From an uncultured Chloroflexia bacterium (lineage in GTDB: Bacteria > Chloroflexota > Chloroflexia > Thermomicrobiales > UBA6265), in assembly GCA_963724295.1 (NCBI GenBank), contig CAVRUC010000003.1, positions 107,955 to 171,954 of the forward strand: 64,000 nucleotides of DNA, in the 5' to 3' direction. The translations under genes were made by a program, and so were the position numbers. How positions within the stretch are numbered: position 1 is the stretch's first letter; every line of letters starts with the position of its first letter. Of this stretch, positions 51,823 through 61,869 are shown piece by piece. The notes beneath the pieces are model-generated. The model saw nothing but the letters and a program-made list of their open reading frames with translations, was not told the origin of the DNA and did no database searches.

Positions 51823-52494
51823 ATGACCGAGACCGAGCGTATCCGACGCCTGTTCGACGACCGGGCAGCGACCTACGACCGCTCGATTGGTTTCGGCGAG
51901 CGGCTCTTGCTCGGCCGGTTCCGGCATGCGTTTGGAGCGTTACTCAGCGGCGAGACGATCGAGGTTGGCATCGGCAGCGGTCTCAATATCCCGTTCTACT
52001 CAGCGCTGGTCAGGCGAGCTGTCGGGGTTGATCTCTCGCATGAGATGCTGAGACTCGCTTCTGAGCGGGCAGCACATCTCGCTATCCCCTTCGCCCTCGT
52101 GCAGGCCGATGCCGAAGCCCTCCCCTTCCCGGATGCCGCGTTCGACACCGTCGCCATCTCGTTAGCGCTCTGCACGATCCCGGATCCGGTCAAGGCCCTG
52201 GGAGAGCTGGGCCGGATTTGCCGCCCAAGGGGACGGATCGTGATGCTCGAGCATGTGCGCTCCACGGCCCGGCCGCTCGCGGCGCTGCAACGGACGCTTT
52301 CACCATTGAACGAGCGCGCTATCGGCTGCCATCTGGACCGGGACACGATCGACCTGGCACGGTCACTGGGTTTCTCGATCGACGAAACCCGGAGTCGGCT
52401 CTTCAATTCCGTCCAGTTGGTGGTGGCGCGGCCACCAGCCGGCGCCGTGCTACCCTCGACCGATCCGATCGATGCTGGAGGCTCGAACGAATGA
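51823..52494 (+). CDS. Class I SAM-dependent methyltransferase
   Basis: IEVGIGSG; GVDLSHEML; DAEALPFPDAAFDTV; LCTIPDP; GCHLDRD. Confidence 0.9.
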   Translation: MTETERIRRLFDDRAATYDRSIGFGERLLLGRFRHAFGALLSGETIEVGIGSGLNIPFYSALVRRAVGVDLSHEMLRLASERAAHLAIPFALVQADAEALPFPDAAFDTVAISLALCTIPDPVKALGELGRICRPRGRIVMLEHVRSTARPLAALQRTLSPLNERAIGCHLDRDTIDLARSLGFSIDETRSRLFNSVQLVVARPPAGAVLPSTDPIDAGGSNE

Positions 52495-53495
52495 CGATCA
52501 CCAGACAGCCGGAAACCGCGACCGGACCCGCCATTGACTTCGGTGACGTTCAGGCCGCCGCGGAACGCCTGCGCGGCGTGGCGCACCGCACGCCGGTGCT
52601 GACCTCGCGCACCCTCGACGCGTTGACCGGGGCGCGGGTCTATCTCAAGGCGGAGCCGTTCCAGCGGATCGGTGCATTCAAGTTCCGCGGCGCCTACAAC
52701 GCCATCTCGGCACTCGAGCCGGAGACTCGCGCCCGCGGCGTGATCACCAATTCCTCCGGGAACCACGCGCAGGCCGTCGCGCTCTCGGCACAGATCTTCG
52801 GGATTCCGGCCACGATCGTGATGCCGACCGACGCTCCCCCCGCCAAGATTGCGGCCACCCGCGGCTACGGTGCGGAGATCGTCTTCTACGATCGCTACAA
52901 GGAAGATCGCGCCGCGATTGCCGAGCGCGTCGCCGCCGGCCTTGGAGCGACGATGATCCCGCCCTATGACCACCCACTGGTCATGGCCGGTAACGGCACC
53001 ACCGCGTTGGAGCTCATCGAAGCGGTCGGCGAGCTCGACCTCCTGCTCGTCTGTCTCGGCGGGGGCGGACTCCTGTCGGGGTGCGCCACGGCGGCGAAGG
53101 CGCTCTTGCCCGGCGTCGACATCTGGGGCGTCGAGCCCGCGGCGGGTGACGACTGGGCGCAGTCGTATGCCAGGGGGGAACGCGTGCGCCTGAACCAGGT
53201 GCCGCGCACGATCGCGGACGGCCAGCAGACCGAGGCGCCGGGAGTGCTCACCTGGCGCACGGTGAGACCGCTAGTCACCGGGATCGCCACGGTCAGCGAC
53301 GACGAGATCCGCGACGCGATGCGCTTCCTCTTCGAGCGCGTCAAGCTCGTCACCGAGCCCAGCGGCGCCTCCGCGCTGGCCGCGCTGATGACCGGGAAGG
53401 TCGATGGCCGCGGCAAGCGCGTCGGGGTGACGATCTCCGGCGGCAATATCGGCCTGGACGGCTTCTGCCGGATCATCAACCAGCGCGACGCGTGA
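52491..53495 (+). CDS. PLP-dependent serine/threonine dehydratase family (threo-3-hydroxyaspartate ammonia-lyase-like)
   Basis: GAFKFRGA; SSGNHAQA; GGGGLLSG; TIADG; EPSGA; SGGN. Confidence 0.9.
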   Translation: MTITRQPETATGPAIDFGDVQAAAERLRGVAHRTPVLTSRTLDALTGARVYLKAEPFQRIGAFKFRGAYNAISALEPETRARGVITNSSGNHAQAVALSAQIFGIPATIVMPTDAPPAKIAATRGYGAEIVFYDRYKEDRAAIAERVAAGLGATMIPPYDHPLVMAGNGTTALELIEAVGELDLLLVCLGGGGLLSGCATAAKALLPGVDIWGVEPAAGDDWAQSYARGERVRLNQVPRTIADGQQTEAPGVLTWRTVRPLVTGIATVSDDEIRDAMRFLFERVKLVTEPSGASALAALMTGKVDGRGKRVGVTISGGNIGLDGFCRIINQRDA

Positions 53496-53668
53496 TAGCG
53501 AGACGCTGAAGCTAGTACGTCTTCGCGGCAAGTCAATGACGCGTCCTTCGAGAAATGAGTTTCGATAACCCAGGATCTCATTCATTATTGAGAACCAGAG
53601 TTCCTCACCGGCAGGCGAGAACTTGAGGATGGTGGTTGTCATGATGGGCGTTACGAACTCGGACTGGT

Positions 53669-54670
53669 TCAGAGGCTCGCGCTTTGCGTGGCAGCGCCCC
53701 GCAGCCGCTCCACGTCGCGCATCGGCGGCGCGCCGAACAGCCGCTTGTACTCGCGGCTGAAGTGCGAGGCATCGTGGTATCCGACGTGGTACCCGGCACT
53801 CGCGGCGTCGACGTCCTCGCCGAGCATGAGCCGGCGGGCCTCCTGGAGCCGCAGCTGCTTCTGAAACTCCAACGGGCTCATCGCGGTGACCGCCTTGAAA
53901 TGCTGATGGAAGGTCGAGGTGCTCATCCCGAGCTCGCGCGCGAGGTCCGGAATCCGCAGTGGCCGGTCGAAGTCGTGCCGGAGCCGATCGATGGCCCTCG
54001 CGATGCGGTTCGTTTCGCCGCCCAAGGTCGCGATGTGGCGAACGGTGTCGCCCTGCTCGCCCTCCAGGAGCCGGTAAACGACCTCTCTCTTGATCATCGG
54101 GGCGAGGAAACGCGCATCCGTGGGGCTGTCGATGAGCCGGACCAACCGCACCACGGAGTCAAGCAGGTCCACGTCCAGCGGGCTCACGTCCATGGCCGTG
54201 ACCGCGGACTGGCCCCTCGGTGCCGGACGACCCGCTTCGACCATGACCGAGCCGACGAGCGTTGGGTCGAGTGAGAGGACGAGCCCCAGGTACGGTCGCT
54301 CCTTCGACGCCTCCGTGATCTGGGTCACGTAGGGCAGCGCGTTGCTCACGATGAGGTAATGAGCAGGGTCGTACCGATAGCGGCGGTCGCCCACCCGAGT
54401 CTCCTTGCTGCCCTGCCCGACCACGCACAAGGCAGGGAAGGACACGCCATGCCCCAGCTCCGTGGGCGCGGAGGCGCGGCGGAACTGGAGCCCGTCCAGC
54501 GGCTCGGCGGTCCCATCGTCGCGGACAGTACACGCGATCCGCTCGACCAGCTCATCGCGTAGGGCCTGCGCCCGCCGCGCCTCGCGCGCTGACCGCCGAT
54601 TGTTCGTCGAATCCACCGAAATCCCTTCGCTCGTTCCCGCGTCGCCTATCTCAGCGATCTGCAGAATCAT
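53669..54670 (-). CDS. AraC family regulator (YqhC-type, N-terminal AraC_N domain)
   Basis: LCVVGQGSK; LARELGMS; FKAVTAMSPLEFQKQLRLQEARRL; SHFSREYKRLFG. True start may be ~60 nt downstream. Confidence 0.92.
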   Translation of the reverse strand: MILQIAEIGDAGTSEGISVDSTNNRRSAREARRAQALRDELVERIACTVRDDGTAEPLDGLQFRRASAPTELGHGVSFPALCVVGQGSKETRVGDRRYRYDPAHYLIVSNALPYVTQITEASKERPYLGLVLSLDPTLVGSVMVEAGRPAPRGQSAVTAMDVSPLDVDLLDSVVRLVRLIDSPTDARFLAPMIKREVVYRLLEGEQGDTVRHIATLGGETNRIARAIDRLRHDFDRPLRIPDLARELGMSTSTFHQHFKAVTAMSPLEFQKQLRLQEARRLMLGEDVDAASAGYHVGYHDASHFSREYKRLFGAPPMRDVERLRGAATQSASL

Positions 54671-54857
54671 ACAACGATTTCGGACGATTATTCTACGGCA
54701 CGGCGGATTCTGGCAGGTAGTATGACGTATATGCAGGGAAGCCGTTCTGAACCTTCCGAGTCAGGCGGATTTTTATTCAATCGATGATCTGGCGTCGGTC
54801 GTGCAGCGGGCCTGCCGACGCCGAGACGAGCCGGATCAGGTTCGTCGAGGAGGTCCC

Positions 54858-55040
54858 ATGAGCGGGAAGCAAGTTTGGTTCGTTACGGGCGCAGGGCGCG
54901 GCATAGGGGTGCACATCGCCAGGGCTGCCCTCGCCGCCGGCAACGCAGTCGCCACCGTCGAGCAGAAGGCGAAGCATCTGCTCGAGCAGGTCGTGGCCAA
55001 TCGCGGCCCGTCGATCTCGCTGGCGCCGGAGGTGGCATAG
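54858..55040 (+). pseudogene. Short-chain dehydrogenase with a large in-frame internal deletion
   Basis: GAGGAGG RBS; VWFVTGAGRGIG Rossmann start joined directly to a C-terminal-type helix; only 60 aa. Confidence 0.75.
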
Positions 55041-55042
55041 CC

Positions 55043-56062
55043 ATGCAGGCTGCGATTGGTGCCGGACCGCACACGGTGGAGGACGGAGCCTATCTCGTCC
55101 CGCTCAGGCTGTTCATCGGCCTGGGCTGGCTGCGGGCGGGCGCCGAGAAGGCCATCGACTCGAGTTGGAGAGATGGATTAAGTTTGACCGCCTTTCTCGG
55201 CGATCATCTGGCAGCCGGAGAGGTGGCCTTCCCCTGGTACGAGACCCTGATGGAACAGGTCTTCCTCCCGCACGCCGCGTTGCTCGCACTGGTGATCCTG
55301 CTGGGGCAGTTCCTCGCTGGAGCCGCGATCGCGACTGGCCTGTTGACCAATGCGGCGCTCCTCGGCGGGCTCTTCATGAACCTGAACTTCCTGCTCGCCG
55401 GTGAGCCGAACCCCAGCACGTTCTATATCGTCATTCAGGTCGCGTTGTTGCTGACGCATGCCGGGGCCATCCTCGGGCTGGACGCTGGACTCTCCAGGAC
55501 CATCCACAACCCGCTGCTGGTGGCACAGCCCCGCGCCGCGCGCCATCGAAGGCAGTGGCGAGTTCCGGTACTTCCTATTGGGGCGATTGCACTCGTCACG
55601 ACGATCTATGCCCTCGCCCACGTCACCGACTGGAGTCCGGCCGGCAGCGTCGAAGATCCCGCCATGATCGTGGCCATTCTCGCGCAGCTGAGCCTGGCCT
55701 GGGCCACGATCGCCTGGCTGCGCCAGGACGCAAAGGGGCGACGATTATTGCGCCACCCGGATATCGGCATGCGGCCGAGGCACGCGACTGAGCATCCCCA
55801 CGCCGCGGGTGGTCGTCGCCTGGGTCCCCTCAGCGCCATCTTCACTCGATGGGCACGCGCCACGGCCGGCACCCCGCGGTGGCATCGGTGGCCGCAGCGG
55901 TCGCCCCGCCTTGCCCTGACGGTCACTCTCGCCTGGGTGGACGACGATCGAGACGAGCCTGACGGTGAGTGTCGCACCGATGCCACGCCAAGGACCGCCA
56001 TACGGACAGCGGGTTGGTGCGTTCCCGCCGGCCCACAACCCTCACCGACACTTTCCGCATAA
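55043..56062 (+). CDS. DoxX/DoxD-like membrane protein
   Basis: LRLFIGLGWLRAGAEK; FPWYE; GLLTNAALLGGLFMNLNFLLAG; GLD. C-terminal extent uncertain. Confidence 0.75.
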   Translation: MQAAIGAGPHTVEDGAYLVPLRLFIGLGWLRAGAEKAIDSSWRDGLSLTAFLGDHLAAGEVAFPWYETLMEQVFLPHAALLALVILLGQFLAGAAIATGLLTNAALLGGLFMNLNFLLAGEPNPSTFYIVIQVALLLTHAGAILGLDAGLSRTIHNPLLVAQPRAARHRRQWRVPVLPIGAIALVTTIYALAHVTDWSPAGSVEDPAMIVAILAQLSLAWATIAWLRQDAKGRRLLRHPDIGMRPRHATEHPHAAGGRRLGPLSAIFTRWARATAGTPRWHRWPQRSPRLALTVTLAWVDDDRDEPDGECRTDATPRTAIRTAGWCVPAGPQPSPTLSA

Positions 56063-56075
56063 ACGGAGGACACTC

Positions 56076-56882
56076 ATGCCACGATCATACTCAAAAACCG
56101 TACACATCTCGACGCCGAGGGGTCGATCGCTCGCCATCCTCGCCCTCGGGGCGCTCCTCGTGTCCGGTGCGGCCGCCGGCCGGGACGCCCTGGGAGGACG
56201 CGTCGAGTCCCCGGCTCAGGCCAAGGAGCCGCCGGTAGTTGGGGCTATGCCCCTATCGCCAACACCCGAGGCGGAGAGCCCGGTGGCAGAAGCACCTGCG
56301 GTGCCGGCCCCACAGGACGTCATCGCAGTCGTGGAGAGCCCTGCCACCGAGCCTGACGTTGCCCAGGCGACTCAGGAGATCGCCTCGACCGCCCAGGAGT
56401 CCCCCGAGTTGGTGGCCGGTAATACGGTCGTTGTCACTACCGAGGGACTCAACGTCCGTACCGAGCCGGGTCTGGGAGGCGACATTGCCGTCATCCTACC
56501 TCCCGGTCTGCCGGCCATGGTGGTTGCCGGGCCAACGGCCGCAGACAACTTCACCTGGTATCAGCTCGACGCGAACGGCGTCACGGGCTGGAGCGCCGAG
56601 GAGTATCTCGCTCCGGCGCCTCCCATCCTGGCATTCGCGGCGCAGGTGCCAACCGTGCCCCTGTTCCCCGTCGGGTGTCCCGTCGTCGCCGACGGTGAGT
56701 TGCACGTGCGCTCCGGGGCGGGTCTCGCCGAGGTCATCCAGGACCGACTGCCGGCCGGAACGGTGGCGACCGTCGTGGGCGGCCCGAGGGCCGCCGATGG
56801 CTACACCTGGTACCAGCTCGACATCAACGGCATCCGCGGGTGGAGCGCCGGTGAGTTCCTCACCCCGCTAGCGGGTGCATAG
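56076..56882 (+). CDS. Secreted protein with two bacterial SH3 domains
   Basis: GGAGG RBS; LNVRTEPG..WYQL..GWSAEEYL and LHVRSGAG..WYQL..GWSAGEFL. Confidence 0.85.
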   Translation: MPRSYSKTVHISTPRGRSLAILALGALLVSGAAAGRDALGGRVESPAQAKEPPVVGAMPLSPTPEAESPVAEAPAVPAPQDVIAVVESPATEPDVAQATQEIASTAQESPELVAGNTVVVTTEGLNVRTEPGLGGDIAVILPPGLPAMVVAGPTAADNFTWYQLDANGVTGWSAEEYLAPAPPILAFAAQVPTVPLFPVGCPVVADGELHVRSGAGLAEVIQDRLPAGTVATVVGGPRAADGYTWYQLDINGIRGWSAGEFLTPLAGA

Positions 56883-56998
56883 CGATGAGCGCAACTGTCT
56901 TCGCCGGACCCTGCTTCACTCAGGACACAGGACCTATCACCGGCTCCACGTGGTGGCCGGCAGGCGAATTCGTAGGAACACAGAGTAAGGAGCACGAT

Positions 56999-57568
56999 AT
57001 GAACACGACACCCCGCACCGGACGCCGGCAGTTCGTGGCCCAGGCCGGGGCGGCGGCTCTGGCAGCCATTGCGATGCCGGGTGCACTGACCCGCACGGCC
57101 GCGGCTCAGGAGGCGACACCCGAAGCATCCCCCGAGCCGGACAACGGCGAGACGCGCGTACGGTTCACCGCCGGTGAGACCGAGATCATCGTTCGTATTG
57201 CGGACAACCCCACCAGTCGCAACTTCGTGTCCATGCTGCCGCTGACCCTGGAGTTCGAGGACTTCAACAGCACGGAGAAGATCAGCTACCTCCCGCGCGA
57301 ACTGACCACCGAAGGCTCCACCGGCGGCCCACCCGCAAACGGGGACCTCATCTACTTCGTCCCCTGGGGCAACCTCGGCTTCTTCTACAACGCCGAGCGT
57401 CGGGACGCATCCTACGACGACCAGGTCATCCCAATCGGCACCGTCGAGACCGGCTATGAACGCCTCATTGACCTCGAGACCGGGCCCGTGCGCGTCGAGC
57501 TCATCCCCGCCCGGGAGGCGACGCCAACAACGACTGTCAGCCCCGCACCGGACGCCGACAACTCATGA
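56999..57568 (+). CDS. Cyclophilin-like fold protein with Tat signal
   Basis: GRRQFV; DNPTSRNFVSMLPLTL; EKISYLP; GDLIYFVPWGNL. Confidence 0.82.
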   Translation: MNTTPRTGRRQFVAQAGAAALAAIAMPGALTRTAAAQEATPEASPEPDNGETRVRFTAGETEIIVRIADNPTSRNFVSMLPLTLEFEDFNSTEKISYLPRELTTEGSTGGPPANGDLIYFVPWGNLGFFYNAERRDASYDDQVIPIGTVETGYERLIDLETGPVRVELIPAREATPTTTVSPAPDADNS

Positions 57569-59705
57569 TCCGAGGCAGTGCAGCGACCCTTGCCTTGGTC
57601 CGTCTGATCCTCGCGCTCGTTCTTCTCCTGACGACGAGCGCCACCATTCCACAGGTCACGGCGCAGGTCGCGCCGACTGAGCGCGCCTCTTGGCCGACTG
57701 CTGGCTGGCGGACCGCCGCACCGGAAGCCCAGGGGATGGATCCGGCGCTGCTTGCCGCCCTCGATGAGCGGATACCGGCGGAACTGTCGCTACTTTCGGC
57801 GCTCGTCGTCGTCCGCGGCGGGGAGATCGTCTTCGAGCGCTATTACGGCCAGACGGCGGACGAGCCGATTCACCTGTGGTCGGTGACCAAGAGCATCACC
57901 GACATGGCCGTCGGATTGGCGATCGAGGACGGACTGCTGCGGCTCGATCAGACCCTGGGCGAGCTCATCCCGGAGCGGATCCCAGAGAGCGCCGATCCGC
58001 GCACGGCCACCGTGACGGTCGAGCATTTGTTGACGATGACCAGCGGCTGGGAATGGGAGAGCACGACTGACTTCCTGCACCTGGACGACGCGCCCGATTG
58101 GGCGGCGCGCACGCTGGGTCTCCCCATGGCCTGCGACCCGGGGACCTGCTATGCATACAACTCCGGCGGCGCACATCTCCTCTCGGTGATCCTGCAGAAA
58201 GTGACCGGGCAGACAGAGGCCGACTACGTGCAGGAGCGCCTCTTCGACCCGCTAGGGATCAGCCGGCCCACGTCGCGGCAGTCACCGCAGGGGGAGACGG
58301 CCGGCGCCTTCGGCCTGGAGCTGAACGCACGCGCCGCGGCCAAACTCGGCTATCTCTACCTCAATCAAGGCGTCTGGGACGGACAACAGCTCGTCTCTGC
58401 CGAGTGGGTGGCGACGTCCACCACGCAGCACAGCAGCGGCACGAACGCCGATGGCACCAATTTCGGCAACGCCGGCTACGGCTACCTCTGGTGGGTGGAC
58501 GAGATAGCGGGCTACCCCGCCTATTTCGCCCTCGGCTATGGCGCGCAGGTGCTCTACGTCGTACCAGGGCTCGATCTCGTCGCCGTCGCCCTGATCGCCC
58601 AGCCGGACGCCGAGCGGCAACAGGACCCGATCCCGCTCATCGAAGACGTGATTGTGCCGGCGGCGCTGGTGGGACGAAGCGGAGTCACGGGGGAGGTTCC
58701 AGCCGTTGCCCAGGCGTCCCCGGTTCCTACCGTCCCACCGACGGCGGCTCGAATAGCCGCGGCCACACCAATCGCCGGTGGCCGGATCTTTGCCCTGCCC
58801 GGTGGCGGCGGCTTCCCGGACGGGATTGCCTTCGACGCGGCTACGGGCGATTTCTACACCGGCAGCATCATCGACGGCACCCTCTATCGAGGGAATGTGG
58901 TGCGCGGGACGGTGGAGGTCTTTGTGCCGGGGAGCCCTGGACGGGTCGCCGTCGGTCTGGCCCTGGACGGTCGAGGACACCTGTTCGTGGCTGGCGGGCA
59001 GACCGGGGCGGTGGCGGTCTACGATACGGAGACGAGTCAACTTCTCCTGGAGGCCGCCAACGGGCTGGCGCCCAATACGTTCCTCAATGACATTGCCGTC
59101 AGCGCGACAGGTGACGCGTCCATCACCGACTCCTTCAACCCGTTGCTGTGGCGGATTCCAGCGTCGGCGCTTCCGGCCGATCCCGGCACCCCAACTCCCG
59201 ACCCGACGACCACGTTAGAGCCCTTCGTCGACTTCACGACGGCCGGGTTCGATCTGGCGCAGCCCGGGCTCAATGCGAACGGCATCGTCACTACGCCTGA
59301 TGGGCGGTATCTGCTGGTCGTGCAGACCAACACCGGCAATCTCTATCGGATCGACGCCACAGCGGGCGAGATGATCCAGGTCGATTTGGGCGGAGGCAGC
59401 CTTCCCGGCGGAGACGGCATTGACCTGGATGGGCAGACGCTGTACGTGGTGCGCGAGGGCCAGATCACGAGTGTCGCGCTCGTCGCAGACTTTGCGAGCG
59501 GCACGATCGGCGCGAGCTTCACCGATCCGAGCTTTGCCTCGCCGACCACCAGTGAGCGCGTTGATGGGTGCCTGCTCGTCGTCAATTCGCAGGTCGATGC
59601 GCTCCGGGGCAGCTGGAGTGGCCGTTCACCGTCTCGAGTGTGCCGATCCCAGAGCTGGCAACGGGCTCGGCGACGGCCACACCGGTCTTGCCGGCACGCT
59701 GCTAA
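57565..59705 (+). CDS. Serine hydrolase (class C beta-lactamase family) fused to an SMP-30/gluconolactonase-like propeller; frameshift near 59610
   Basis: SVTK, YNS, YGYLWW, ALGYGAQ; then FPDGIA, FLNDIAV, NGIVTTPDG, GDGI; natural end WPFTVSSV...RC* in a shifted frame. Confidence 0.82.
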
Positions 59706-59905
59706 TGTCCGAAGGAGGAGTCAAAAGAATCGATTGGGTAGTCGTCGTCATCCGGCCCAGTCTGCGCCCGGTCTGCGCCCGGTCGAGCACGGCACGGCAT
59801 CCTGCGGTGAAAGCGTATAGCGCGGTGGACCGTCCGCCACAGCGAGCGCGTCGGTCAAGGCCTCCGCGTAAGTCCCAGACCACGGCAGGAAACGGCAAGA
59901 AGTAG

Positions 59906-60652
59906 CTACTTTTCGATCGCGGGCTGGTCGAGCCAGTCCTCGAACCGGATCTTGCCGAACTGCGCCCCGTTGAGCGGGACAGCGACTGCTCGCGCGGCAC
60001 CGCGCCGAAGTACGGCGCCCGCGGATCGGCGATCACCTGGCGCGCATCGTTTCGCGCCCAGGCGACGCCGGATGACCTCGTCGAACCGGAGCTGGTCGGG
60101 TCCGCGATTTCCACACGACCATTCAGCGGGGCGTTCACCGCGACTCCGGCGACCGCGCGCGCGACCGTCGGCCGCCATGGTTGGAACGCGACGGGCGGGA
60201 GTGCACGTCGTTGCCGGTGGTCGCGGCGTCCGCGATCCCATCGATGAACTCGAAGAACTGCGTCGCGCGCACGATCGAGTACGGGATCGGTCCCGCCGCG
60301 ATCAGCTGCTCCTGGGCGAGCTTGGCCGGAAATACCCGTTGTCCGGCGACCGGTCGATCCCGACAATCGACAACGCGACGTGATGGCCCACGCCGGCGGC
60401 CACTTCCGCGGCCAGGAGGTTGCGGGTCGACGTCTGGAAGAACTCCAGCACCGCCTCCGCCTCGAAGGAGGGCGCGTTGGAGACGTCAACGACGACTGAA
60501 GCGCCGGCGAGGGCTTCGGCAAGTCCCTCGCCGGTGATGGTGTTGACCCCCAACCTGGGTGACGCCGGCACGGCCTCGTGGCCCTGCTCGCGGAGAATGG
60601 CCACGACCTTCGAGCCGATGAGTCCGGTGCCGCCGATAACCACGATCTTCAT
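59906..60652 (-). CDS. NAD(P)-binding atypical SDR/NmrA family protein; multiple frameshifts
   Basis: MKIVVIGGTGLIGSK; GVNTITGEGL; HHVALSIVG; IVRATQFFEF; RFEDWL. Confidence 0.8.
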
Positions 60653-60775
60653 GGGTTTGCCTTTCCTGGTGGTTGTCCATTGGCGGCCTGCCGTCCTTGG
60701 CAGAGGAGAGACGGCTGACGGGGAAGCAAGACGCGACCGGTTTGCGCGAAGGGCAAACCGGTCGAGTCGTCGGGG

Positions 60776-61702
60776 TCACGAGACCGCGGCGACGGCGGTC
60801 AGGATGACGTCGGCAACCACCTGGGGCTGCGAAATCATCATGGCGTGCGAGGCCTCGACCTCGGTGATCGTGGCGCCGGCGCGTTCGGCCATGAAGCGCT
60901 CGCCGGACGGGCCGATGACGAAGTCGCTGGGGGAGATGATCGCCCACGCGGGAAGCGTCTTCCAGGCCGGATCCTGCGTCAGCTCGCCGAACGAGACCCC
61001 AGCGAGGGGACGCTGCGAGACCGCCAGGATCGCCGCCTGCTCCACCGGCAGATCGGCGCAGAAGATTCGTGGAACGACGCCGGGTCGATGATGAATTCGC
61101 CGTGGGTGGCGACGCCGGGGGCGTCGGATACGGCGTCGGCCGTAGCGCCGGGAGGACTTGGCTGTCGGTGGCCTGGTCGGCGAGGGTTTGCAACGTCTCG
61201 CCCTCGTCCGGAATGAATGCGCCAACGTAGACCAGGCCCCGCACGTTGTCCGCCCGGGTGCCGGCGTTGGTGATGACCGCGCCGCCATAGGAGTGGCCGA
61301 CCAGCGAGACCGGCCCGGGGAGCTGACTGGCGAGGCTCGCAATGTAGGCGGCGTCGTGATCGATGCCGCGCAAAGGATTGGCCGGAGCCAGGACGTCGAC
61401 CCCGGCGGCCTGCAGCATGGGGATCACCCCGGCCCAGTTTGAGCCGTCGGCGAAGGCGCCATGCACGAGCACGACCTCAGGGGACCGTTAGCAGCGGGGG
61501 TGTAGCATCGGTCATGGCGTTTCCTTCCTGGGTAGTGACGTCGGACGATCGGACATGCAAGGAGCCCCTTGCGCGGCCCCTCGGGACATCCCGAGGCCGG
61601 CCGCCGCAACGACCGCGGCGGCGCCAGCGCCGGCGAGCCGACCGACGGCGGAGCGCCGCGACAGTCGACCATCCGGGATGCGGCGGATACGGTTCGGTTC
61701 AT
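60776..61702 (-). CDS. Alpha/beta hydrolase with probable Tat leader; multiple frameshifts
   Basis: LSRRSAV leader; LVHGAFADG; ANPLRG; LVGHSYGG; ASHAMMISQP. Confidence 0.8.
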
Positions 61703-61869
61703 AGGGTTCCTCCTTTCTGCGAAGCGGTGCCGGCACGGGCAGGTCCCGAGGGCATGCTTCGATCTTGCGCCCGCCTGCCGCGCGGCACATCGGGAGAACT
61801 CCTCGATTTGGGGAACCGGTTTGGGGATGGGGCACTGAGGAAAACTCCTCAGGTGCCCGGAGACGCGAG

